Below are positions 40,273 through 49,517 of a DNA stretch of 53,023 nucleotides, piece after piece. The translations under genes were made by a program, and so were the position numbers. The stretch is from positions 1 to 53,023 of the forward strand of contig JAZDEN010000038.1 of NCBI GenBank assembly GCA_043808805.1, given 5' to 3'. The first letter of the stretch is position 1. Each line of letters begins with the position of its first letter. The notes under the pieces are model-generated. The model did not search any database and was not told the DNA's origin. It saw nothing but the letters and a program-made list of their open reading frames with translations. Source of the stretch: an archaeon. Lineage in GTDB: Archaea; Nanobdellota; Nanobdellia; SCGC-AAA011-G17; VGLX01.

Positions 40273-43148
40273 ACCTTCACGAGGCTGAAGAATATGTCAA
40301 AATCCTTATCCTTAATCTTAACACTCTGACCGTGATGAGGATTCCTAGGCTTCTCAAAAGACAGTGACTTAGCACCAACCTTCTCCTGTATCTCCTTCTT
40401 GAACTTACCCAGGCTGAATGAAGAGACTATGCACAACTCAATCTTGTCCTGCTTCTTGAGATTTGCCTTCTTCCTCATCTCCTGAATCCTTCTCGTAACT
40501 TCCCTTGAGAAACCCTCTGCCTCCAAATCAGGAGTGAGCTCTGTATCAAGGGCTACGCTAAAACTGCCTTTCCCAACCTTAACAGACTTGGCATTGACCT
40601 GTGCCATGATAACTGACCCAAGGTTCTTGACAGCCTCAACACCAGCATCGTCACATTCAACAATAATCTTCTTCAAAGGCCACCTTACACCCATCTGGAC
40701 CTTCTCCCTCTGGGCCAAAGCCTCTTGTATAACTGTCCTGACAAAACCCATCTGCCCCTCTAACTTTTTATCAATCAACTTATTGTCGGCCTTAGGCCAG
40801 TCACATAAGTGAATACTTTCCTTATCCAAGCCAAATTTATTTTTTAATTCCTGGTAGCATTTCTCTGTTATGAAAGGAGCTGTTGGAGCAAAAAGCTTCA
40901 GAGTTTCAAGATAAACCTTGTAGACCGTTGAAAGAACCTGGTCCTTCTCTTTCTCAGAACCGGCAGAGGCCTTCTCCCTTATCATCTGGATGTAAGTCCT
41001 GCTGAGGTCAAGGAATAATTGTTCAATAACAACAGGAATCTCATTCAACCTGTAAGAATCATAAAGCTTAGTAACCTCTTCAATCGTGGAATTCAGCCTT
41101 GAAAGTATGTATTTCTCCTCAACACCAAAAGACCTCACCCTCAAACTCTTAGGATTCTTGCCTGTGAAATCAGATTGGGAACTGATGAAGTTCAAAAGGT
41201 TCCAGAAAATCTCCAGATTCTTATGCTTCACCTTCATATCCTCAAAATTATAATTAAGGTCGAGGCCCGGACTGGCACTGCTGATTGTATAATAACGCAT
41301 AGTGTCAGCACCATACTTGTCAATAACCTCATAAGGAGAGATTATGTTCTTCAAAGACTTGGACATCTTCCTGCCCTGGGCATCGTTGATGAAACCGTGC
41401 ATGTAAACAGCCTTGTAACAGGGCTTCTTGAAAGAGACCATGCTCAAACACATCATCGAATTGAACCAACCACGAATCTGATCCTTACCTTCAAGAATCA
41501 AATCAGCAGGCCACCAGTGCTTAAACATCTCCTTGTTTGAAGGATAACCCATAGGAGCCCAGGATGCTGCACCAGAATCAAGCCATACATCAAGCACATC
41601 ATCAACACGATTCATCTGAGACTTACACTCAGGACATTCTATATGAACATCATCAACAAAAGGCCTGTGCAAGTCATCAAGCTTTTTATTCCCTAACCTT
41701 TCCAGCTCTTCCTTTGAACCTACCACAATGAAATTCTTGCACTTATCACAGGTCCAGATAGGCAATGGAATTCCCCAGAACCTCTGCCTCGATATACACC
41801 AGTCCTGCAGGTTAGAAAGCCAAGAATCAAACCACTTGTTCCCACCCCAGTCAGGAACCCAGTATATCTTCCTGTTATGGTCACGCATCTTCTCCTTCAG
41901 CTTCTCAACAGCAAGGAACCATTGCTCTGTTGCACGAAAAACAACATCAGAATGGCAGCGCCAACACTGGGCATACTCGTGAGAAATGTCAGTAATAGCA
42001 ACAACCAAACCCTTGTTTTCAAGAGCTTCAACAAACCTTGAATCATCAACCCTTGCCTTGTAACCAGCAAACTTACCCATAGTCTCGCTGAAAGTCCCAT
42101 GCTCATCAAGCTCATTATAAGGAGGAAGCTTGTTCTGCCTTCCAACCTCAAAGTCCTCAGGACCACAGCCAGGAGCGCAGTGAACAAGTCCAGAACCAGA
42201 ACTTAAGTCAACATACTGGTCAGACATCAGAATGGTGTAAGCCTTCTTATTCTTCTTGTCCAACTCCTGATGGTATTTCAAATCATCATAGAAAGGAGTC
42301 CTGTACTTCAATCCCTCCAACTTCTTGCCCTTAAACTCTTCAACTATTGTGAATTTCTTGCCGGCAACAGCAGTTATGACAGCACCTGACAATGCCTTTG
42401 CAAGAATCCAGGTCTCACCGGAATCCTCAATCTTTGCCTTAACATAATCAAACTCAGGATGGGCCATCACAGCAAGGTTGAAAGGAATCGTCCAAGGAGT
42501 CGTAGTCCAGATTATCAAATAAGTGTTCTTCTGACCAACAACAGGGAACTTAACAAAAATGGACTTATCATTAACAGTCTCATACTCCAACTCGTGCTTT
42601 GCCAGGGCAGTCGCACACCTAGGACACCAGGTCATAGTCTTCAAGCCCTTATACAGATAACCGTTATCATTAGCCTTGCTCAAAGCCCACCAAGCACCCT
42701 CAATGTACTCATTCTTAATAGTCATGTAGGGATTGTCCCAGTCCATCCAGACACCCACACGCTTGAAATCACTAATCATGGGATGCATCTCAGAAACAGC
42801 AAAATTCCTGCACTCCTCAATGAACTTCGCAAGGCCGAACTGGCTTATGACATCCTTCTTGTCCTTTATGCCAAACTTCTTCTCAACAGCAACCTCAATA
42901 GGAAGGCCGTGCATGTCAAAACCAGGCTGGTCCCAGACCTCAAAACCACGCATCCTCTTGTAACGAATCAGGGAATCACGCAGGGCCTTGCCCCAGGCGT
43001 GACCAATGTGGATCTTGCCAGAGGTGTAAGGCGGACCATCAAGGTAGTAGAACTTCTTACCCTTCTTCTTAGCCTTCACCTTACCGTAAATGTTACTCTT
43101 ATCCCAAAAGGCAAGTATCTCTTCTTCAGACTTCCTAAAATCATACAT
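40269..43148 (-). CDS. ileS: isoleucine--tRNA ligase
   Basis: 959 aa. Has PPYTSGKIHIGHAWGK (HIGH), KMSKSLKN (KMSKS) and the class Ia editing-domain insertion. Length and motifs fit IleRS better than ValRS or LeuRS. Confidence 0.85.
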   Translation of the reverse strand: MYDFRKSEEEILAFWDKSNIYGKVKAKKKGKKFYYLDGPPYTSGKIHIGHAWGKALRDSLIRYKRMRGFEVWDQPGFDMHGLPIEVAVEKKFGIKDKKDVISQFGLAKFIEECRNFAVSEMHPMISDFKRVGVWMDWDNPYMTIKNEYIEGAWWALSKANDNGYLYKGLKTMTWCPRCATALAKHELEYETVNDKSIFVKFPVVGQKNTYLIIWTTTPWTIPFNLAVMAHPEFDYVKAKIEDSGETWILAKALSGAVITAVAGKKFTIVEEFKGKKLEGLKYRTPFYDDLKYHQELDKKNKKAYTILMSDQYVDLSSGSGLVHCAPGCGPEDFEVGRQNKLPPYNELDEHGTFSETMGKFAGYKARVDDSRFVEALENKGLVVAITDISHEYAQCWRCHSDVVFRATEQWFLAVEKLKEKMRDHNRKIYWVPDWGGNKWFDSWLSNLQDWCISRQRFWGIPLPIWTCDKCKNFIVVGSKEELERLGNKKLDDLHRPFVDDVHIECPECKSQMNRVDDVLDVWLDSGAASWAPMGYPSNKEMFKHWWPADLILEGKDQIRGWFNSMMCLSMVSFKKPCYKAVYMHGFINDAQGRKMSKSLKNIISPYEVIDKYGADTMRYYTISSASPGLDLNYNFEDMKVKHKNLEIFWNLLNFISSQSDFTGKNPKSLRVRSFGVEEKYILSRLNSTIEEVTKLYDSYRLNEIPVVIEQLFLDLSRTYIQMIREKASAGSEKEKDQVLSTVYKVYLETLKLFAPTAPFITEKCYQELKNKFGLDKESIHLCDWPKADNKLIDKKLEGQMGFVRTVIQEALAQREKVQMGVRWPLKKIIVECDDAGVEAVKNLGSVIMAQVNAKSVKVGKGSFSVALDTELTPDLEAEGFSREVTRRIQEMRKKANLKKQDKIELCIVSSFSLGKFKKEIQEKVGAKSLSFEKPRNPHHGQSVKIKDKDFDIFFSLVKV

Positions 43149-43295
43149 AGTAAAAGCCTAAATAAAAAATGTTTAAAAACCTTTCCAAAACAAAAGAAAA
43201 GGTTTAAATATTAATCCAAATAAGGAAAGAAACATGAATTGTGCTTGTTCTGGGTGCAATTTGATAGGTTAAAATACATAGGAGAGATAAATAAG

Positions 43296-43664
43296 ATGAT
43301 GCAAAGGAAAGGAAATAGATTTGGCGGCAGCAGTAGACAAAACTTTGCCCCAATAAAAGTCGGAGAAGAGCTGGACGTAACCATAGAAGCAGTCGGAGAG
43401 AAAGGCGACGGAATGGCAAAGATCAAGGGATTCGTGATATTCGTCCCAAACACACAGAAAGGTGACAACGTAAGGATAAAGGTAACAAGGGTACTAAAGA
43501 ACGTTGGATTTGCGGAAGTGTTGGGATCTGCACAAGGCGGGGAAAATTCAGAAGAAACGCCTAAGGAAAATAAAGAAGACTCTGAAGAAGATACGGAAGA
43601 AGACATGGGCGAAGACGCGGAAAGCGAAGACGAAGAGCCTGTGGAAGACAGCGAAGATTTCTAA
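43296..43664 (+). CDS. TRAM-domain protein with acidic C-terminal tail
   Basis: The internal ATG at 43296 is preceded by ggagag. PIKVGEELDVTIEAVGEKGDGMAKIKGFVIFVPNTQKGDNVRIKVTRV is a TRAM fold pattern. The tail is Glu/Asp-rich. Confidence 0.7.
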   Translation: MMQRKGNRFGGSSRQNFAPIKVGEELDVTIEAVGEKGDGMAKIKGFVIFVPNTQKGDNVRIKVTRVLKNVGFAEVLGSAQGGENSEETPKENKEDSEEDTEEDMGEDAESEDEEPVEDSEDF

Positions 43665-43672
43665 ATTCTTCC

Positions 43673-43687
43673 TTTTTTTAATTTTTT
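43673..43687 (+). terminator. oligo-T archaeal terminator-like tract
   Basis: tttttttaatttttt lies immediately after the TRAM gene stop (T7 and T6 runs). Confidence 0.5.
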
Positions 43688-43749
43688 AATATTTATTTCT
43701 TAAAATATCTTTTACAGAATATAGTTACTAGACATCCGCGCACGCAAGC

Positions 43750-43757
43750 TTTATAAA
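43750..43757 (+). promoter_or_regulatory. TATA-box-like element (tttataaa) for the rfcS operon
   Basis: Lies 31-38 nt upstream of the rfcS ATG at 43788. Confidence 0.45.
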
Positions 43758-43787
43758 GAAAATTAAAAATTAGGGTTATGTTCTAAA

Positions 43788-44741
43788 ATGGACCCAACCC
43801 AAAGCATATGGACTGAGAAATACAGGCCAAAGACATTCTCTGAATTCAAGGGTCAGGAAAAGATAGCAGAAAGAGTAAGGGCCATGGTAAAACAGAGGAA
43901 CATAAGCAACTTCCTTTTCACAGGGCCTGCAGGGGTGGGAAAATCAACACTTGCCCTAATCGTGGCAAGGGAATTATTTGGGGAAACATACAGACAGAAC
44001 TTTCTAGAATTAAACGCATCAGATGAAAGGGGGATAGACGTAGTAAGAAGCACGATAAAAGACTTCGCAAGGACAAAGGCAGTGGGAGACGTCCCATTCA
44101 AAATAATATTCCTGGACGAATGCGACTCGCTGACAAAAGAGGCGCAGCAGGCACTGAGAAGGACGATGGAGAACTTCACAAACACAACAAGATTTGTACT
44201 AAGCTGCAACTATTCAAGCAAGATAATAGACCCGATACAGTCAAGATGCACAATATTCAGATTCAAGCCACTGGAAAAAGAACAGATACACCAGATAATA
44301 GAAGAGATAGCAAAAAACGAGAAGATAAAAGTGGACAAGAAAGGGATGGAGGCACTATATGAAGTGTCTCACGGAGACGTGAGAAGGATGGAAAACATAC
44401 TCCAGAGCTGCGCAGCAATAACAAAAAACATAGACGATGAGATAATATACCAACTCGTAAGCGCAGCAAGACCAAAAGAAGTAAAGGAAGTGCTGGAAAC
44501 AGCAGTAAAAGGGGATTTCATAAAAGCAAGGGAAAAACTGCTTGACGTAATGCTCAACTATGGTTTATCAGGATTAGACATAATAAAACAGATCCAGAGA
44601 GAGGTATGGAACCTCAACATAGACGATGATAAAAAAGTTAAACTCGTAGACAAATGCGGCGAGATAGAATTCAGGATGGTAGAAGGAGCTGACGAATTCG
44701 TCCAACTTGAAGCACTCCTATCAAACTTCATAACTAAATGA
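43788..44741 (+). CDS. rfcS: replication factor C small subunit
   Basis: Contains WTEKYRPKTFSEFKGQE, Walker A GPAGVGKST, IIFLDECDSL and the SRC motif QSRCTIFRF. Confidence 0.95.
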   Translation: MDPTQSIWTEKYRPKTFSEFKGQEKIAERVRAMVKQRNISNFLFTGPAGVGKSTLALIVARELFGETYRQNFLELNASDERGIDVVRSTIKDFARTKAVGDVPFKIIFLDECDSLTKEAQQALRRTMENFTNTTRFVLSCNYSSKIIDPIQSRCTIFRFKPLEKEQIHQIIEEIAKNEKIKVDKKGMEALYEVSHGDVRRMENILQSCAAITKNIDDEIIYQLVSAARPKEVKEVLETAVKGDFIKAREKLLDVMLNYGLSGLDIIKQIQREVWNLNIDDDKKVKLVDKCGEIEFRMVEGADEFVQLEALLSNFITK

Positions 44742-45952
44742 TGAATTTCTTCAAAAAACTCTTCAAGAAAAAGGAAGAGACCATAAAAATAGGAGAGTTG
44801 GACAGATGGTTTGATGCAAACCTAAAACCAGAGCTGGGACAGATAAAAGACAACCTCCAGCAAGTTGAACAGACAAAAAAAGAACTCGGGGAAAACATAA
44901 AAGCACTGGAAAAAGTTGAGGTAAAAGACCAGGTGCAGAAAAAGATAAAAGACGTCGTCGAGGGGAACGTCCCAGCGTACACAAGAGCAGTAGAGATATT
45001 CCTCGAAAAGATAAACGTGCCTGAAGAGATAAACTCGCAAACCCTAGCATCATTCTATGAAACCACACAAAGCGAGTTGGACCAATTCGGAAAGAGAACA
45101 GCAAGAAACTTCGCAATAATGCAGACACTTATAGGGCAAGAGCTCGCAGCCACCGCAAAGAACCTAAAAAAGATAGACGAATTGTCAAAAAACATAATGA
45201 AAGAGGCCAAGAAACTGGAAAAAACAGAGAAAACAAAGAAAAAAATAGAAGAGTTGAAAGAAGCAAAGAGAAAAGAGAAGGAAAACAGGGAACTGATAAA
45301 AAATTATGAGAATGAGAAAGAAAACCTGACAAAAGAGGAGGGGGAAACTGAAAGTAAAATAAAAGAACTGGAAAAAAGCAACGCAGCAAAAGAGCTCAAA
45401 GAGCTGAAACAGGAACTGATAAACCACGAAGCAAGCAAAAACGAGCTTGACAGCGCAATACTAAGCCTGTTCTCACCGCTGCAAAAGGCATTCAAGAGAT
45501 ACAACAACCAATTCTTCATAAAGAAAGTCGATGAATACATAAATGATGCAGCAGGAACACTTAAACAGGACAATGAACTGGAGATAAAAAAATACCTGGA
45601 AGACATAAAAAAGATGATAGAAGAGGGAAAGATAGACCTCAAAGAAGACAAGAAGAAAAAAGCACTCGAATCGATAGAAATGCTAAGCGAAGAATACATG
45701 GAGGCATTCCTGAAAGAAAGCAAAAACATAGAAGAAGAAACTAAAAGCGTCGAGGAAAAGATAAAAAACAACACATACGAGCAGGAAAAAGAAGAGCTCA
45801 AGAACAAACTGAAAGAGAAAGAAACAAGAAAAACGGAAATAGACAAGGAAATGAGCAAGATAAAAGGGATAAACATAAAAAACCAAAAAGAAGAAATAGA
45901 GAAAGACCTGAGCAACATGGGCTATGAGGTAAGGATAGATGATATGGACTGA
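44738..45952 (+). CDS. K/E-rich coiled-coil protein of unknown function, encoded between rfcS and rfcL
   Basis: 404 aa. The ATG overlaps the rfcS stop (ATGA). Its stop lies 14 nt inside rfcL. It is long, charged and helical, with a less biased N-terminal region of about 150 aa (GELDRWFDANLKPELGQIKD...FGKRTARNFAIMQTLIGQELAATAKNL). Confidence 0.7.
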   Translation: MMNFFKKLFKKKEETIKIGELDRWFDANLKPELGQIKDNLQQVEQTKKELGENIKALEKVEVKDQVQKKIKDVVEGNVPAYTRAVEIFLEKINVPEEINSQTLASFYETTQSELDQFGKRTARNFAIMQTLIGQELAATAKNLKKIDELSKNIMKEAKKLEKTEKTKKKIEELKEAKRKEKENRELIKNYENEKENLTKEEGETESKIKELEKSNAAKELKELKQELINHEASKNELDSAILSLFSPLQKAFKRYNNQFFIKKVDEYINDAAGTLKQDNELEIKKYLEDIKKMIEEGKIDLKEDKKKKALESIEMLSEEYMEAFLKESKNIEEETKSVEEKIKNNTYEQEKEELKNKLKEKETRKTEIDKEMSKIKGINIKNQKEEIEKDLSNMGYEVRIDDMD

Positions 45953-47117
45953 AAAATACAAGCCAAAAACCCTGAAGGAAGTGCAGGGGCACAACAAGGC
46001 AGTCGAAGAACTAAGAAATTTCATACTCAGCAAGAAAAAAGGGGCTGCCATGATATATGGAGCAACGGGCAACGGAAAGACAAGCGCAGTCCACGCCATA
46101 GCCAAAGAATTAGATTACGAACTTCTAGAAGTAAACGCATCTGATACGAGAAACAAGGACAGCATAAACAGCATAATAGGCACATCATCAAAACAGATGA
46201 GCCTGTTCAAGAAAGAAAAAATAATACTCGTAGACGAAGTCGACGGTATAACAGGACAACAGGACAGGGGAGGAGTGCAGGCAATAATAAAAGTCATAGA
46301 AGAAACAAAAGCACCCATAGTGATAATAAGCAACGACCCATTCTCACAAAAACTTTCGCCATTAAGGACAAAATGCAGGACAATAGAATTCGGGACATTA
46401 AGTTATGTAACAGTATTCAACATCCTGAAAAAGATATGCGAGGCAGAGGGGATAAAATACAATGAAGAAGTGCTAAAGGACCTGGCAAGAAGAGCCGGAG
46501 GGGACGCGAGAGGGGCGATAAACGACCTGCAAATATTAACAAGCGTCAAGAACACCTTAGACGGGTTGGATGACCTGGGTGTGAGGGAACAGACGGAATC
46601 AATAATCAACGCACTAAAAGTCATATTCAAAAGCAGAAAACCAGAAAACGTGCTAGGAGCATTAGACAAAACAGACCTAGACCTTGATGAATCATTGTTA
46701 TGGATAGATGAGAACCTTCCGAAAGAATACCACGGGGAGGATTTGATAAATGCATACGAGATGATATCAAGGGCAGACGTATTCAAAGGAAGAATAAGAA
46801 GATGGCAGCACTGGGACTTCCTGATATACATCAATGCATTACTAACAGCAGGGATCGCAACATCCAAAAAAGAAAAGAACGGAATGTTTGTCAGTTACAA
46901 AAAAACAGGAAGGATACTAAAAATCTGGCAGGCAAACATGAGGAACGCGAAAAGGAACATCATAGCAGAGAAGCTGGCAGCAGCAACACACACATCAAAG
47001 AAAAGAGCAATACAAGAAATAGCATACCTAAGGCCAATATTCAAGAAAGGAAAAGGGGGAGAGATAGCAGAGCAGCTGGAACTGAGCGAAGAAGAGGTTG
47101 AGTGGCTGGGAAGATAA
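45939..47117 (+). CDS. rfcL: replication factor C large subunit
   Basis: Contains IWTEKYKPKTLKEVQGHNKAVEELRNF, Walker A GATGNGKTS, LVDEVDG, and the AAA+ lid and collar regions. Confidence 0.9.
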   Translation: MIWTEKYKPKTLKEVQGHNKAVEELRNFILSKKKGAAMIYGATGNGKTSAVHAIAKELDYELLEVNASDTRNKDSINSIIGTSSKQMSLFKKEKIILVDEVDGITGQQDRGGVQAIIKVIEETKAPIVIISNDPFSQKLSPLRTKCRTIEFGTLSYVTVFNILKKICEAEGIKYNEEVLKDLARRAGGDARGAINDLQILTSVKNTLDGLDDLGVREQTESIINALKVIFKSRKPENVLGALDKTDLDLDESLLWIDENLPKEYHGEDLINAYEMISRADVFKGRIRRWQHWDFLIYINALLTAGIATSKKEKNGMFVSYKKTGRILKIWQANMRNAKRNIIAEKLAAATHTSKKRAIQEIAYLRPIFKKGKGGEIAEQLELSEEEVEWLGR

Positions 47118-47118
47118 G

Positions 47119-47676
47119 ATGGTATACGAAATAGAGAAAAGGGCAAGGGTAACACCACAAGAGATCGGAAGGTGCATGAAATTCCTGGAAGAACAAGGGC
47201 AATACTTCGGAGAGAAAGAAATGAAAACATTCCTGTTCATGAATCCAATATACCTAAGAGTGAGGCTGATAAAAAATCAAGATGAGGTTCTGGTCACAAA
47301 CAAACAAGGCGGCTACGAGGACAAAGCAAGAAAAGAGACACAGATCGACCTGCCATACAAACAACTAAAACCATTCATACAGCTGATGCAACTGCTAGGA
47401 TTCAAAGAATGCGCATCCTGGAACACGCAAAGGGAATTCTACAGGCTAAACGGCCTTAACGTCGAGATGAGCAAATCAGAACACCTTGGGAACATCCTAG
47501 AGGTTGAAGCATTAACCACCCAACAAATCGACATAGGCAAGCTAGAGAAGAAAGTGAGAGACACATTAAGAATCCTCAAACTAAAAGAGATAGATGCAAA
47601 AGAATACCAAAAAATGATGGATGAGCTGTACAAAAAAACACTAAAACCCATATCCCAACATTCTTTCACAATTTAA
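47119..47676 (+). CDS. CYTH-domain protein (CyaB/ThTPase-type triphosphate tunnel metalloenzyme)
   Basis: The ATG at 47119 lies 1 nt after the rfcL stop. The N-terminus YEIEKRARV is the EXEXK signature. A later LGNILEVEAL strand is typical of the CYTH tunnel. Confidence 0.6.
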   Translation: MVYEIEKRARVTPQEIGRCMKFLEEQGQYFGEKEMKTFLFMNPIYLRVRLIKNQDEVLVTNKQGGYEDKARKETQIDLPYKQLKPFIQLMQLLGFKECASWNTQREFYRLNGLNVEMSKSEHLGNILEVEALTTQQIDIGKLEKKVRDTLRILKLKEIDAKEYQKMMDELYKKTLKPISQHSFTI

Positions 47677-47690
47677 ACAAAATGCAAACT

Positions 47691-47698
47691 TTTATAAA
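47691..47698 (+). promoter_or_regulatory. TATA-box-like element (tttataaa) for the SSB gene
   Basis: Lies 34-41 nt upstream of the ATG at 47732. A GGTGA Shine-Dalgarno-like motif sits at 47722-47726. Confidence 0.45.
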
Positions 47699-47731
47699 CC
47701 ATCTCCCAGAAAGAGTTTTCTTGGTGACATT

Positions 47732-48097
47732 ATGCAAGTAAAAGACCTAAAACCAAGACAAGGAAATGTGAACATCGAACTAGATGTCATAGAAGTAGGA
47801 GAAGCAAGAGAATTCCAGAAATTCGGAAACGCAGGAAGAGTCGCAAACGCCACAGCAAAGGATGAAACAGGGCAAATAAAAGTGAGCCTGTGGAACGAGG
47901 ACGTGGACAGAGTCAAAGCAGGCGACAAGATAAGAATAACAAACGGATGGGTCTCGGAATTCCAGGGAGAGATGCAACTAAGCGCTGGAAGAATGGGAAA
48001 GCTGGAAGTCCTAGGCGAAGAAAGCAAAACAAGCGACAAGAAAGAGAAGAAAAAGCCTCAGAAGAAAGAAGTTGAGGAAGAAGAGATAGAGGACTAA
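47732..48097 (+). CDS. ssb: single-OB-fold SSB with charged C-terminal tail (Sulfolobus-SSB type)
   Basis: VKDLKPRQGNVNIELDVIEVGEAREFQKFGNAGRVANATAKDETGQIKVSLWNEDVDRVKAGDKIRITNGWVSEFQGEMQLSAG parallels the Sulfolobus SSB pattern as I recall it (VGNLKP..VNV.V.VLE...R.....G.R....A.VGDETG.VKLTLW......K.G..V.I.NAW...F.G..QL..G). The tail is a K/E-rich flexible segment. Confidence 0.75.
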   Translation: MQVKDLKPRQGNVNIELDVIEVGEAREFQKFGNAGRVANATAKDETGQIKVSLWNEDVDRVKAGDKIRITNGWVSEFQGEMQLSAGRMGKLEVLGEESKTSDKKEKKKPQKKEVEEEEIED

Positions 48098-48145
48098 GCT
48101 TCTAATTCAGAAAGATTTTAATAATCTTGAACAATAAACAAAAGC

Positions 48146-49480
48146 ATGGTGTATGACATAATAGTCGGAAGAGACGAATCCGACAGAAAAAAATTCGGTG
48201 ACAAGGGAACCTTATTCTTAGGAAGAGCCTACGTGAAGATGGGCAAGACCACATCACTAGCCAACAACGTATTCATAGACGTCGTAAGAAGCCACGTAAT
48301 TCTTGTTGCGGGAAAGAGAGGGTCGGGAAAGTCATGGTCATTGGGGGTGATAGCAGAAGGAATATCACACCTACAGAAAGAGGTGGCAGACAACATAAGC
48401 GTCATAATATTCGACACTATGGGAATATTCTGGACGATGAAATACCCAAACGAGAAAGAAAGAAGATTATTACAAGACTGGGGAATGAAACCAGAAGGAC
48501 TCGACATAAAAGTATACACACCAAAAGGTTACTATGACAAGTTCAAGGAAGAGGGAATACCAACAGACTACAAATTCTCAATAAGGCCGGCAGAGTTGAT
48601 GGCAGAAGACTGGATACTGACATTCGAACTCACACCAAACGACCCTGTATCAATAGCAATAGAAAAAACAATATATGACTTCAGGGAAAAAGGAATGGAG
48701 GACTACACGATAGACGACATAATAAAAGCCATAGAAAGCGACGAGGAACTTGACATAAACACAAGAAACTCGGCAAAAAACAGATTCAAAGCAGCAAAAG
48801 GCTGGGGACTGTTCGACCCTGAAGGAACAAAATTAAGCGAGATAGCACAGGCAGGAAAGGTAAGTGTCATAGACATAAGCTGCTACACAGGATCAGGAGG
48901 ATGGGGAGTAAAATCACTTGTCATAGGGCTGGTGGCAAAAAGAATATTCCTCGACAGGATGGTCTCAAGAAAAACAGAAGAGATAGGAATGATAGGAGGG
49001 GGCTACAGCTACACAGGAAGCGACGAGGACGTACTCAAGGAAAGAAAACCAATGGTATGGATGCTGCTAGATGAGGCACACGAATTCCTCCCAGACCAGG
49101 GAAAGACAGCAGCAACAGAAGCACTGGTAACAATACTCAGAGAGGGAAGACAGCCAGGAGTATCACTGATACTGGCAACACAACAGCCTGGAAAAATCCA
49201 CAAAGACGTGATGACACAATCAGATTTGATATTAAGCCACAGGATAACAGCAAAACTTGACATACAGGCATTGAACGAGATGATGCAGAGCTACCAGACA
49301 GAAGACCTCGTCATGCAACTGAATAACTTACCAAGAGAATCAGGAGCAGGACTGATACTTGACGACAACTCAGAAAGGATGTACCCACTAAGAGTAAGAC
49401 CTAGGTTCACATGGCACGGCGGAGAAGCACCAACAGCAATAACATACAAGAAAAGACTTGAACTGGGACTTCCAACTTAG
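48146..49480 (+). CDS. HerA/FtsK-superfamily P-loop ATPase (DUF87-type)
   Basis: 444 aa. An N-terminal barrel-like region precedes Walker A VAGKRGSGKSWS and Walker B WMLLDEAHEF. LILATQQP and ILSHRI motifs follow. Confidence 0.7.
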   Translation: MVYDIIVGRDESDRKKFGDKGTLFLGRAYVKMGKTTSLANNVFIDVVRSHVILVAGKRGSGKSWSLGVIAEGISHLQKEVADNISVIIFDTMGIFWTMKYPNEKERRLLQDWGMKPEGLDIKVYTPKGYYDKFKEEGIPTDYKFSIRPAELMAEDWILTFELTPNDPVSIAIEKTIYDFREKGMEDYTIDDIIKAIESDEELDINTRNSAKNRFKAAKGWGLFDPEGTKLSEIAQAGKVSVIDISCYTGSGGWGVKSLVIGLVAKRIFLDRMVSRKTEEIGMIGGGYSYTGSDEDVLKERKPMVWMLLDEAHEFLPDQGKTAATEALVTILREGRQPGVSLILATQQPGKIHKDVMTQSDLILSHRITAKLDIQALNEMMQSYQTEDLVMQLNNLPRESGAGLILDDNSERMYPLRVRPRFTWHGGEAPTAITYKKRLELGLPT

Positions 49481-49517
49481 CAAAAACTTAAATTCTAAAC
49501 CAAACAAGTAAAATCAT

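Noticed and set aside
42459-43214. 251-aa plus-strand ORF overlapping ileS
   Set aside because: It is antisense to an unmistakable IleRS with HIGH and KMSKS motifs. No motifs are present and the sequence is low-complexity.
45150-45420. Repetitive-looking aaagaa/gaaaa-rich DNA that might be a tandem repeat or array
   Set aside because: It is in frame within the K/E-rich coiled-coil ORF. It has no fixed repeat unit and no spacer structure. It is coding low complexity.
45304-45918. 204-aa minus-strand ORF, with neighbours 45683..46105, 45129..45389 and 45185..45427, opposite the K/E-rich gene
   Set aside because: The translation is Leu/Ser/Phe-rich nonsense. It is antisense to a gene in a translationally coupled operon. 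It is explained by the A-rich coding strand, which lacks stops on the complement.
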